Shown in pieces: positions 1 through 8,795 of a stretch of DNA of 31,480 nucleotides. The position numbers were made by a program, and so were the translations under genes. Source of the stretch: a virus. Taxonomy: Duplodnaviria; Caudoviricetes. The notes beneath the pieces are model-generated. The model did not search any database. It was not told the origin of the DNA and saw nothing but the letters and a program-made list of their open reading frames with translations. How positions within the stretch are numbered: the stretch's first letter is position 1; every line of letters starts with the position of its first letter. The DNA lies in the IMG/VR virus record IMGVR_UViG_3300033146_006832, positions 1-31,480 of that record; one strand, written 5' to 3'.

Positions 1-360
1 AACTATTTGGTTTGTAACAATGTTCATTGCCATGGCGTTGATTGAAAAGTCTCTCCGACCAAGGTCTTGTTCGATGGCAACTCCAACGCCAGTCAGTTCA
101 AAGGCACCGTAACCTGAACCATTGGACTTTTCTGTTCTGGACAGGGCAACCTCATCACCTTCGACAAGGAAGACGGGAAAGCTTGTGCCGACTAGAGGTG
201 CGTCAGGAAAGTTAGCCTTGAATTCTTCCAGTGAGGCACAGACTACGAAATCTGTATCATTAACAGGAAGATCAAGAATGTGATCTCGGACGGCACCACC
301 AACAACGAAAGTTCTGTCGGCAAGCTTGGAATTTTTTAGTGTTTCATTCGTTATCTTCAT
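1..360 (-). CDS. cca: CCA-adding enzyme / class II tRNA nucleotidyltransferase, 5' part (runs off the window)
   Basis: Not in the ORF track; translated by hand from ATG at 360: MKITNETLKNSKLADRTFVVGGAVRDHILDLPVNDTDFVV...VALSRTEKSNGSGYGAF...IEQDLGRRDFSINAMAM. Has the VGGAVRD, DxD, RTE-loop and DLxRRDFxINAMA motifs. Confidence 0.93.
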   Translation of the reverse strand, partial: MKITNETLKNSKLADRTFVVGGAVRDHILDLPVNDTDFVVCASLEEFKANFPDAPLVGTSFPVFLVEGDEVALSRTEKSNGSGYGAFELTGVGVAIEQDLGRRDFSINAMAMNIVTNQIV

Positions 361-366
361 AACTGT

Positions 367-395
367 ATTATACGCTTTTAAAAAATAAAAGTCAA
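367..395 (-). promoter_or_regulatory. sigma70-type (early) promoter for cca, probably giving a leaderless mRNA
   Basis: Minus strand TTGACT (395-390), 17 bp, TATAAT (372-367), then only 6 nt to the ATG at 360; no SD. Confidence 0.8.
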
Positions 396-400
396 GCTTT

Positions 401-577
401 TTATCGCGAATAAATAAAAGCAGAGGAATAAACTTTTCTCTCCGCTGGCTTCATGTTTGCTGGTGATAATTTTCGATATACCACCTTATGTTTATCAGTA
501 TAAAAATCTTTTGGTACTTCATTATTTTCAAAAAAAATAACTAAATATTGTTTTGATGGAGTTTTGATAATTTTCAT
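401..577 (-). CDS. small basic hypothetical protein, 58 aa (below the ORF-track cutoff)
   Basis: MKIIKTPSKQYLVIFFENNEVPKDFYTDKHKVVYRKLSPANMKPAERKVYSSAFIYSR*. SD AAAAGGA 6 nt before the ATG, TATAAATA just upstream, and it fills the intergenic gap. Confidence 0.65.
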   Translation of the reverse strand: MKIIKTPSKQYLVIFFENNEVPKDFYTDKHKVVYRKLSPANMKPAERKVYSSAFIYSR

Positions 578-594
578 AAGATATCCTTTTCTTT

Positions 595-606
595 TATTTA
601 TAAATA
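595..606. promoter_or_regulatory. palindromic double T4-type late promoter TATTTATAAATA
   Basis: TATAAATA on + at 599-606 (faces the 649 fibre gene) and on - at 602-595 (faces the 577 ORF). Confidence 0.75.
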
Positions 607-648
607 AATGAAGCTAATATAAATTTTCTTTCGAAAGGAATTTTCCAC

Positions 649-3600
649 ATGTCATTACAGTATTTTGACTTGAACTCAGTCACAATCGAAACTCGATTCG
701 CACCGTGGACGCACGGACACGATATCGATGCTATCACTGGTCTAAGAGCCGAACTTGATGCCGCGCAATCAGGGTTAACCAGCACCTCAGATATTTTGTT
801 TCATGATGCCGTTATTTATGGCGACATGGTTCCAAACACTTCTGGTGGTCAAAGTTTAGGTTCCACTACTAAACATTTCGGCACAGCTTGGATTGACGAA
901 CTTCACCTTGCCCAAAACACTCTGTATCTCGGAGATACACCAGTTATTGGTACTAACCAAGATACCGTTGAAATCAAAGCTGATACTGATCAAAATATTA
1001 CTTTGAAAACGCTCGGCACCGGTGAATCTAAAATTACATCCCAAAACGGTGTAGAAATTTCTAACTCTGGTTTAAATGGTCAAATTGCCATTCAATCTAC
1101 AGGATCTGGTGGTATGGTTAGTTTTGGGGCGACAAGTTCTATTAACTTTACTGCTCCTGATGCTAATTTCTCTGGTGATATTGAGGTTACTGGACATACA
1201 GTATTCAATACCGCCACCTTTACCAATGATGTTGTTTTCCAAGGTGACAACATCCAGATGGATACCACGAACTTCACTGCCGAAGATAACAGAATTACCC
1301 TAAATTCAGGTGAGCAAGGTAATGGCGTTACTGCTGGCTTCGCTGGCTTCGATATTGATCGTGGCACTTTAGCTTCTTGGCAATTTGTGTTCAATGAAGC
1401 CACAGACACATTTGAATATGGTCCGGTTGGAGGCACTGCTAATGTTGTCGTTTCAAAGGCATATGTTGATGGAGTTGATGCCCTGAAACTAAATGCTGCC
1501 CTTTACACAGCAGCGGATGTATTTTCAAAAGTTAAATCTTTAGATGGTTCTGGTTCGGGTCTTGATGCTGATCTCCTTGATGGTCATGAAGCCACATATT
1601 TTGTTAAATCTGCTTCGGATTATATGGATGCTATTCAGTCAATCGACGGTTCGGGTTCGGGTCTTGATGCTGACCTTCTTGATGGTGAAGAAGGCGCTTA
1701 TTACGCTCCACAAGGTTCAACTTATACCAAAACTGAAGTTGATAACATTGCCGCTATTAAATTGGATTCTTCTTTATACACCAATGCCAGCGTCCTTTCC
1801 AAATTGTCAAATGTTGACGGTGCTGGTTCGGGTCTTGATGCTGACCTTCTTGATGGTCATGAAGGAACATATTTCGCTACCGCTAGCCATACCCACTCAT
1901 CAACTTATTTGGGTCTGACTGCTAAGGCAGCGGATGCCAATAAACTTGACGGTCACGATTCTACTTATTTTGCATCTCAAGATTCTACTTATACCAACAC
2001 TGAAGTTGATACTATTGCGGACACAAAACTTGATTCCTCAAGTTATACTGCCGCGGATGTATTTTCGAAAGTTAAATCATTAGATGGCGCAGGAAGTGGT
2101 CTTGATGCTGATTTATTAGATGGCCATTCTTCCACTTATTTTGCTCCACAATCTTCTACATTTACAAAAACAGAAGTCAACAATATTGCGGCGAACAAAC
2201 TTGATTCCAGTGCTTATACGGCAGCTGATGTTTTGGCAAAAATTAAAACTGTAGATGGAAATGGAAGTGGTCTCGATGCTGATACACTTGATGGACACAA
2301 TTCAAATTATTTCTCAGCTTCAACACATAACCACAATGCGAATTACTTAGGTATAACCGCTAAAGCGTCCGATGCCGATAAACTTGACGGTCACGATTCG
2401 TCATATTTCGCAGTTGCTGGTTCAACGGATACTTCTTCAGAAGTTGACGCTAAAATTGCGGCACTTGTTGATTCTTCACCTGCGGCACTTGATACATTGA
2501 ATGAACTCGCCGCCGCTCTAGGTGATGATCCAAACTTTGCCACTACGGTTAATAACAATATTGCCGCAAAACTGGATTCCAGTGCTTACACGGCTGCGGA
2601 TGTTTTAGCAAAAATTAAAACTGTTGATGGAAGTGGCTCTGGTTTAGATGCTGACCTGTTTGATGGTCACAGTTCAGGTTCATTTTTACGAAGTGACGCA
2701 ATCGATACCGCTACCTCAAAAATCGTCTTTAATGGCGGACTTAATACTGTTGGTCTACAAATAAAAAGAACTACGTCAGCATCAACTGGTGATGATATTG
2801 TCAATTTGAGTGTTGATGATTCTGGCCTTATTTTTAGTATTGATAATGATAATGATGGTGATAGTGGTTCTTATAGATTTAATTATCGTACGGCAGGAGC
2901 TGATTCTGCCCTTTTGGCCTTTTCTCCTACTGCCATAACATATAAAGGCAATAAAGTTTGGCACGCAGGAAATGATGGTTCTGGTTCAGGTTTAAATGCT
3001 GATATGCTTGATAGCCATTCAGCAAGTTATTTCTTGGCAGCTAGTGCTTATACGGCAGCTGATGTTTTAGCAAAAATCAAAACTGTAGATGGAAGTGGTT
3101 CTGGTCTTGATGCTGATACACTTGATAGCCATAGTGCTTCATATTTCCTATCAACAACCGGCAAAGCAGCAGATTCTAATTTATTGGATGGAGTTGACGG
3201 CACTTATTACAGAGGTAGAAATTATGGTGCTACCAGTCAAGATCCAGATTTGGCTACATATCCAAATATTTTATCTAATCATGCTAACTCTCCAAATGCG
3301 GCTTCTTATTGGCACATAACAACAACTTTTTATTCAACTATTTCAAGTACAGCGAATAGAGGTCAAATAGCTGTCCAGTATAACGGTGGAGCTAATTTTG
3401 CGGTATACGCAAGAAGTTGTTATTCCACAACTTGGACTCCTTGGACTCGTTGTGATAATAATGGAACAGCAGCGGATTCTACACTTTTTGGTGGACATCC
3501 TGTTTCATATTTCTCTGCTAGTACACATAATCACAGCACTACTTATCTTGGAATCACTGCCAAGGCAGCGGACTCTGATAAACTTGATGGTTTGAATTCT

Positions 3601-5274
3601 ACTCAGTTCTTGAGAAGTGACGCCAACGATGATATGTCAGGCAAATTGACTATAATTAAGAATGTTGGTACTACTCCAACTTATTCAGGTGGCCAATTAG
3701 AACTGAAAAATACCGATGGGGGTGATGTTTCTATGGGATTCCATAGAAGTGGGTTCACTGCCTGTCAATTGCGCCATGAATCTAATGGATTGATTCTTTC
3801 AGGAACATCTCCAACATCAGCAGCCAATCTTAATGTTTTAGGTTCAATCAAACAAAACGGTGCCCAAGTTTGGCATACCGGCAATGACGGTTCGGGAAGT
3901 GGTCTTGATGCTGATCTTCTTGATGGACATCAAGCAAGTTATTTTTCTGCTTCAACTCATGCCCATGCCGCATTATATTTGGGTCTTCATGCTAAAGCCG
4001 ACAATGCCGATAAATTGGATGGCATAAATTCTTCATCCTTTTTGAGATCCGATATATCAACTGTTAGTTCGGGTGATTTGACAATTTCTAAATCTAATCC
4101 TTGGTTAACTCTTGATTCTCCTAGTAGTGGTGGTAATGGTACTGATCAAGGTGCTGGTATTTCAATTGGTGAAGGTGGTAAAAAAGGTGGAGCTGCCCTT
4201 CATTTAACTTATACTGGTGATGGTTATGGTCACATTGGAATGGGAGCAGTTGATGGAACTTCAGGTTTGCCTGCTTACGAAGCCATAACACTTAATTACA
4301 CTTCTAATACAGTTAGTTTTTTAGGTGCTGTAAGTATGGCATCGAATTGTTATGTAACTGGTGCTGTTTCTTCTAGTAGACTTTATTCAACAGTTGCTAC
4401 AGGAACAGCTCCATTGAGTGTTGCTTCAACAACAAAAGTTGCTAATCTTAATGCTGATTTGCTTGATGGTTATTCCGCCAGTCATTTCTTGGCTGCGACT
4501 GCAAAAGCAGCCGATTCTGAAAAAGTTGACGGAATCAACGGTGCTTCCCTGCTTCGTTCGGATGCTACGGATTATCAGACTAACACCATTTATACCAGAG
4601 GTTATCTCGTTGCTGAAACAGCTTATCGTAACAGAGGTATTTACGGAACATATGACAATACCAAAACTCAGCACATCTGGTCAATGGGAGTTGGGTACAA
4701 AAATGCTGCCGACGGTGCAAGTTTTGGTAATCTGTATGGCTTAGCTTACAAATATAACGGTTCGGCTGGTGGTCACGGAGTTTATCTTGTAAACAATGGT
4801 TCTGCTCTTTGTGGTATGGGCACAAACCTTTGGACTTCTGGTATTGTTCTTGGTCAAGCTACTTCAGCCCGTTATGCTGACCTCGCTGAAAAATATACAG
4901 TCGAAGGTGGCTTAACTGAGCCTGGACAAGTTATTCTTCTGGGTAGTAAAAAAGCGGATGCTAGAATCTCGGATGCTATGGCTTCTCAACAAGTTCTTGG
5001 TGTTGTCAGTACCAATCCTGGTTTGATGATGAACTCTGAACTTGATGATGGTCATTATGTTGCTCTTAAAGGACGTGTTCCTTGTTTCGTATTTGGACCA
5101 TGTGCTGCTGGTGATCCACTTGTTTCTTACAAGAATGGTATGGCAATCAGCATCAATCACCCAATGGTAGCTTCGTTAGGTGATCTAAGCAAAACTCCTG
5201 GAATCATCCTAGGTAAAGCAATTGAAAGCACAGAAGAAAAAGGTCAAAGTACCATTGAAATTGTTGTATTGTAA
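649..5274 (+). CDS. long tail fibre / appendage protein, 1541 aa, with a C-terminal intramolecular chaperone (peptidase G2-like) domain
   Basis: Nine DGxGSGL(D/N)ADxxD(G/S) repeats, HxH motifs, the fibre motif SPAALDTLNELAAALGDDPNFATT, and C-terminal RYADLAEKY...LGVVSTNPG...VALKGRVPC...GDPLVS...ILGKAIE. SD AAAGGA upstream. Confidence 0.85.
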   Translation: MSLQYFDLNSVTIETRFAPWTHGHDIDAITGLRAELDAAQSGLTSTSDILFHDAVIYGDMVPNTSGGQSLGSTTKHFGTAWIDELHLAQNTLYLGDTPVIGTNQDTVEIKADTDQNITLKTLGTGESKITSQNGVEISNSGLNGQIAIQSTGSGGMVSFGATSSINFTAPDANFSGDIEVTGHTVFNTATFTNDVVFQGDNIQMDTTNFTAEDNRITLNSGEQGNGVTAGFAGFDIDRGTLASWQFVFNEATDTFEYGPVGGTANVVVSKAYVDGVDALKLNAALYTAADVFSKVKSLDGSGSGLDADLLDGHEATYFVKSASDYMDAIQSIDGSGSGLDADLLDGEEGAYYAPQGSTYTKTEVDNIAAIKLDSSLYTNASVLSKLSNVDGAGSGLDADLLDGHEGTYFATASHTHSSTYLGLTAKAADANKLDGHDSTYFASQDSTYTNTEVDTIADTKLDSSSYTAADVFSKVKSLDGAGSGLDADLLDGHSSTYFAPQSSTFTKTEVNNIAANKLDSSAYTAADVLAKIKTVDGNGSGLDADTLDGHNSNYFSASTHNHNANYLGITAKASDADKLDGHDSSYFAVAGSTDTSSEVDAKIAALVDSSPAALDTLNELAAALGDDPNFATTVNNNIAAKLDSSAYTAADVLAKIKTVDGSGSGLDADLFDGHSSGSFLRSDAIDTATSKIVFNGGLNTVGLQIKRTTSASTGDDIVNLSVDDSGLIFSIDNDNDGDSGSYRFNYRTAGADSALLAFSPTAITYKGNKVWHAGNDGSGSGLNADMLDSHSASYFLAASAYTAADVLAKIKTVDGSGSGLDADTLDSHSASYFLSTTGKAADSNLLDGVDGTYYRGRNYGATSQDPDLATYPNILSNHANSPNAASYWHITTTFYSTISSTANRGQIAVQYNGGANFAVYARSCYSTTWTPWTRCDNNGTAADSTLFGGHPVSYFSASTHNHSTTYLGITAKAADSDKLDGLNSTQFLRSDANDDMSGKLTIIKNVGTTPTYSGGQLELKNTDGGDVSMGFHRSGFTACQLRHESNGLILSGTSPTSAANLNVLGSIKQNGAQVWHTGNDGSGSGLDADLLDGHQASYFSASTHAHAALYLGLHAKADNADKLDGINSSSFLRSDISTVSSGDLTISKSNPWLTLDSPSSGGNGTDQGAGISIGEGGKKGGAALHLTYTGDGYGHIGMGAVDGTSGLPAYEAITLNYTSNTVSFLGAVSMASNCYVTGAVSSSRLYSTVATGTAPLSVASTTKVANLNADLLDGYSASHFLAATAKAADSEKVDGINGASLLRSDATDYQTNTIYTRGYLVAETAYRNRGIYGTYDNTKTQHIWSMGVGYKNAADGASFGNLYGLAYKYNGSAGGHGVYLVNNGSALCGMGTNLWTSGIVLGQATSARYADLAEKYTVEGGLTEPGQVILLGSKKADARISDAMASQQVLGVVSTNPGLMMNSELDDGHYVALKGRVPCFVFGPCAAGDPLVSYKNGMAISINHPMVASLGDLSKTPGIILGKAIESTEEKGQSTIEIVVL
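1537..4540 (+). repeat. dispersed coding repeats of the fibre shaft (GSGLDADLLDG, KAADxDKLDG, AYTAADVLAKIKTVDG)
   Basis: Visible in protein and DNA, e.g. ggtcttgatgctga recurring near 1558, 1660, 1831, 2098, 3103 and 3901, with many synonymous differences. Confidence 0.9.
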
Positions 5275-5295
5275 GGATTGATTGTTTAAATAGAG

Positions 5296-5325
5296 AAGGG
5301 CCCTTCGAAAGTTGGGCCCTTTTTT
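5296..5325 (+). terminator. intrinsic terminator between convergent genes, possibly bidirectional
   Basis: Stem AAGGGCCC (5296-5303) / GGGCCCTT (5314-5321) with a T-run to 5325, between the stops at 5274 and 5324. Confidence 0.85.
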
Positions 5326-5932
5326 AGTTTAGTTTAATTATTGGAGCTCTCATGGTGATCGGGCCACCTGAGGTAATGTTCGTCTTGGAACCTACTCGAA
5401 CTTTCCAGTTGGATCCAATTTTTTCTTCTTTGTTCTTGCTAATCTTTGTCTTTCGGTTTCCCAGAATTTCCTCAATCTCATCCTTGTAAATTTTCACTTT
5501 ATGGTTCTTGTGAATGAACTCGATGTGGTCTCCGGAAATCTCAACTTTCATATCTCCGTTCGTGATCTGGAGATAATCTCCCTGAATCTTATCCGTTTTC
5601 ATCTTAGGTTCGATATTGGTATACGTACCGTTGGGATGTAGAATATAGATCCGCTCATTACCTGCAGTCTCATCAACCAAAATCACATGACCTGCATGTG
5701 TCTCAGTAACGACACGAACCTTTCCGTATTCCCCAGCTTCAAGTTGAGGCTTGATGTCCTTCTCAGGAACGTCTCCGCCAGCCGAATTATACCTAATTTT
5801 CGAGTCTGGAACCGTTTTGCCTTTGGAAACTCCGTCAGTTCTGGAGGTTTTTCCTTCTTCCTGCGGAATGTTCTGCTGTTGGTATCTGGACGTGGTACTT
5901 TCGTTATCTATTTTCTTTAGGAAATCACTCAT
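5324..5932 (-). CDS. gp5-like baseplate spike, C-terminal part (beta-helix), no lysozyme; likely start ATG 5932 (202 aa)
   Basis: ETHAGHVILVDETAGNERIYILHPNGTY matches the gp5 ETxSGHxxExDDTxGxERIxxxHxxGTY motif; beta-helix-like 8-residue repeats; ends APIIKLN. GGAG SD and ATGA overlap with the upstream ORF. Confidence 0.85.
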   Translation of the reverse strand: MSDFLKKIDNESTTSRYQQQNIPQEEGKTSRTDGVSKGKTVPDSKIRYNSAGGDVPEKDIKPQLEAGEYGKVRVVTETHAGHVILVDETAGNERIYILHPNGTYTNIEPKMKTDKIQGDYLQITNGDMKVEISGDHIEFIHKNHKVKIYKDEIEEILGNRKTKISKNKEEKIGSNWKVRVGSKTNITSGGPITMRAPIIKLN

Positions 5933-6231
5933 GAGGATAGACTCCGAACCCAGCCGAGCCACAGGATCTTCATAGGTTCTTTTGTATCAGGAAACTGAAC
6001 GTAAAGGAAATCTCCTACGTCTGGAATGTCACCTGAGGAAAATTTGGAGAACGCAAGGCGATCAGCCCAGATAGCATTTTCCAGTTTATCGTTGGTCATG
6101 TCGTGTATGCCGATAACACGCACCAGAACACGCTCCATTGCTTTAGGATCGTTATTATCGACCACTAAGGCAATGTGAATGCCGCTTAATGGAACGTCTG
6201 AGCCTGTTACTTGCCAGTCTTGTTTTTTCAT
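5929..6231 (-). CDS. gp5-like N-terminal OB-fold domain as a separate 100-aa ORF
   Basis: ALVVDNNDPKAMERVLVRVIGIH...IWA...PDVGDFLYVQF...ILWLG matches the gp5/gpV OB-fold pattern (VVDxxDPxxxGRVxVR...WA...PxVGxxVxVxF). Confidence 0.85.
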   Translation of the reverse strand: MKKQDWQVTGSDVPLSGIHIALVVDNNDPKAMERVLVRVIGIHDMTNDKLENAIWADRLAFSKFSSGDIPDVGDFLYVQFPDTKEPMKILWLGWVRSLSS

Positions 6232-7490
6232 TGGTTGTCCTTAAACTGAGAAGTCTTTTTCCACTGGACTAAATCGCTTCTATCAAGTGCGCCAAAACCG
6301 TCTCGGCATAGAGTCATTGCTTGACTATAGGCATCATTTTTGAAAATGTGATTAATGTTTCTGATTAAGTAGTGACCTTCCAAAAACTTATGTCTTGTTT
6401 TAGTATCCACTTGGGACTTGATACTAGGAAAATCAAATTTCACGATCATTCCTGCGGATCTATTGGTATTACCCGGCAACATCAAATTAAATTTCAACAT
6501 ATCTGTGTATAGGTTACAGTATCTATCATTTCTTTGACCATCAATGTAGTTATTAAATTCTTTTTCGGTTCGTCTTTTCTGTTGATGTATTGGTCCAAAA
6601 CTTCTGGATATACTATTAAATTCTTCAGTACCATGTTTCTTCAGTAATGGCATAGTTGGAGCCAGGTGAAATAGATCCAATTCATCAACAGGTTTCGATG
6701 AGGTATACACTTTAGTATGGTCGTAATCAAAAGCAATCGAGTCGCTTTGATAAACACCTTGATTCAGATATCGTAAAGAATCATAGTAAGATTCCAGAAA
6801 TATTTTTTCAACATTACCATCATATATCACGTTTTTTGTACCAAAGATAATATCGGAGGAATGCTTTCCCCATTCACCATCAAATAACCAATCAAGCGTT
6901 ATACTTGTTACCGATTGTAAATTAAGATTATCATAAAGAGTATAACCAGCTTCTTCAGGTTTACCATGCATACCGTTCATGAGATACTTAATGGAATGTG
7001 CTACAGTCCAATTAGGAAAGACTATCCGCTCAATATTTGTGAAGTTTGCCGGATAAACTCCTTGAAAACTTCCTCCACACTCGTTCACGATCAAATCTTC
7101 CAGAATATCTTCATAGGTAACGTTCTTGTAGGCTTTTGAAACTTGTTTAGTGATTGCTTTGAACCACCATTCAGAACAAAAGTGGAGAACTGTCAGCGGA
7201 AAAGTATGTTCAATATCGATTTGACCGCCATCAGCAGAGGTGATAATTCCTTTGAATGTGAAGGCAGCATTACTCTCAGTTTCAGTATCAAACATCAATT
7301 CGATGGTATCACCAGCAAACACTTCCCGAAATTCCAAAAGAGCTTCCCGGTCTTTAATGGCAGCTGTACCTGTTAGGGCAGGAGTTGTTAATCCTTCATA
7401 GATATTAATAACGTCCACGTTACCAACGTCAATATCATTGCCCGCAATCGATATTTTTTTGAGACTAAAGTTATCGGCAGTTTGACTCAT
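6228..7490 (-). CDS. baseplate hub protein (gp27-like)
   Basis: INIYEGL...TGTAAIKD N-terminus, VSKAY, and C-terminal PGNTNRSAGMIVKFDFPS...EGHYLIRNINHIF...MTLCRDG; lies directly upstream of gp5. Confidence 0.75.
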   Translation of the reverse strand: MSQTADNFSLKKISIAGNDIDVGNVDVINIYEGLTTPALTGTAAIKDREALLEFREVFAGDTIELMFDTETESNAAFTFKGIITSADGGQIDIEHTFPLTVLHFCSEWWFKAITKQVSKAYKNVTYEDILEDLIVNECGGSFQGVYPANFTNIERIVFPNWTVAHSIKYLMNGMHGKPEEAGYTLYDNLNLQSVTSITLDWLFDGEWGKHSSDIIFGTKNVIYDGNVEKIFLESYYDSLRYLNQGVYQSDSIAFDYDHTKVYTSSKPVDELDLFHLAPTMPLLKKHGTEEFNSISRSFGPIHQQKRRTEKEFNNYIDGQRNDRYCNLYTDMLKFNLMLPGNTNRSAGMIVKFDFPSIKSQVDTKTRHKFLEGHYLIRNINHIFKNDAYSQAMTLCRDGFGALDRSDLVQWKKTSQFKDNQ

Positions 7491-8008
7491 TATCTATCCT
7501 TTAAAATCGCTTCTCGGAATTGCCAAACAACATCAGCAATGATAGTTTCTTTAGGTATATAAATTTCTCTACGGAGTTCGTTTGCTTCTGCTACTAATTT
7601 ATAATACACATTCTTAGGATATTTTCCTTCACGTTCTTCCAAAATCCCTGCGAAGTCCACAACTTGTTCTTCAGTCATCGGCATATCGAAAAACGGATTT
7701 CTGATATCATTAAAGATAGCTATAATCCACCAATAATCGATGGTCTTGTAGAATTTTTGACTGATATTTTCAATTCTTTCATCAGTACCAATATTATACT
7801 TGAAGAAACTGGCACCATCCCGTTTATATCTTTCCAAAATTCTGTGTTGTTCAAATAAATTTTTAATCTTTACCTTAACAGGCTGTAAGTTGGAAAATTT
7901 CAATTCGTATTTGTCATCCGAAAAGTTCTTGAGGAACTTGGAAAGATCAATTTCCATTTCTTTCAGTTGATCAAAATAACTAAAATGTGTAGATTTATTT
8001 TTAGACAT
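7490..8008 (-). CDS. gp53: baseplate wedge subunit, T4 gp53-like (LysM-like)
   Basis: YNIGTDERIENISQKFYKTIDYWWIIAIFNDIRNPFFDMPM matches the gp53 signature; NELRREIYIP C-terminal motif. Confidence 0.85.
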   Translation of the reverse strand: MSKNKSTHFSYFDQLKEMEIDLSKFLKNFSDDKYELKFSNLQPVKVKIKNLFEQHRILERYKRDGASFFKYNIGTDERIENISQKFYKTIDYWWIIAIFNDIRNPFFDMPMTEEQVVDFAGILEEREGKYPKNVYYKLVAEANELRREIYIPKETIIADVVWQFREAILKDR

Positions 8009-8011
8009 ACT

Positions 8012-8785
8012 TTAACCTTTTTTAGTGTCGATATTGTTCCAACCTGGACGCAAGGATTTGAACGTCAAGTTTAGCGTTGTTTGGATTGGCGTACCATCGT
8101 TATAGAACAATGTTTCGTTCGCTCCGCCGCCATGTGTAGCCGAATAACCTTCAAGAACCATATTTTGATATGAAAATAAATCTGAATGGACATTCTTACT
8201 CGATACTCCGCTTTTGGCTCCTTTTTGAGGATTCACGTAAATGTCAAAAATAGGTGGATATTTCATCCAAATTTTATCACCTGAGGTATCCAATGTTGGT
8301 TGGGACCACTCACGAAAATATTTGATAATTCTCAAAATCATTTGACCTTCTTCAGGTGATTGTGGAGAAAGATCAAAATTTAGGGATATACTGTATCGAC
8401 CAACTTCGTCTAAAACTAGGACCGATGTAGGTTTCATCGTTAAACCACTCTTGGCACCTAAGTTTGTTTTGAGATTTTTCACTGATCCTGCAGCGTATTT
8501 ATCAGCCATTTGCAGACCCATTTGCTTACCTGTTTTGGATAAATTTTCCCAAAAATTTCCGCCCTGAAAGTTCTGTATGAGCAAAGAAGGTTCTTCCACG
8601 GACCAGGTGGAGTTCACTCCTTGAACTAATCCTGTTGGAATATAAAAATAACAATCTTTAATCTTCTCAGATTTTTTATTCTCATCTCCAGGAACGTCCG
8701 CGTCAGGTAATGAATAAGTTTTCGCAGTTATTTTAATATGCGAAAATTTCTTAATATTCATTGGATATGTTAAATCATCTGCCAT
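8012..8785 (-). CDS. gp48: baseplate tail-tube cap, T4 gp48-like
   Basis: FYIPTGL, SLNFDLSPQSPEEGQMILRIIKYFR, YPPIFDI and DGTPIQTTLNLTFK motifs; located between tape measure and gp53. Confidence 0.85.
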   Translation of the reverse strand: MADDLTYPMNIKKFSHIKITAKTYSLPDADVPGDENKKSEKIKDCYFYIPTGLVQGVNSTWSVEEPSLLIQNFQGGNFWENLSKTGKQMGLQMADKYAAGSVKNLKTNLGAKSGLTMKPTSVLVLDEVGRYSISLNFDLSPQSPEEGQMILRIIKYFREWSQPTLDTSGDKIWMKYPPIFDIYVNPQKGAKSGVSSKNVHSDLFSYQNMVLEGYSATHGGGANETLFYNDGTPIQTTLNLTFKSLRPGWNNIDTKKG

Positions 8786-8795
8786 AATTTTAACC

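Noticed and set aside
620-645. CTTTCGAAAG palindrome over the SD of the 1541-aa fibre as a regulatory hairpin
   Set aside because: Short and AT-rich, and entirely downstream of the late promoter, so it could not act as a timing switch.
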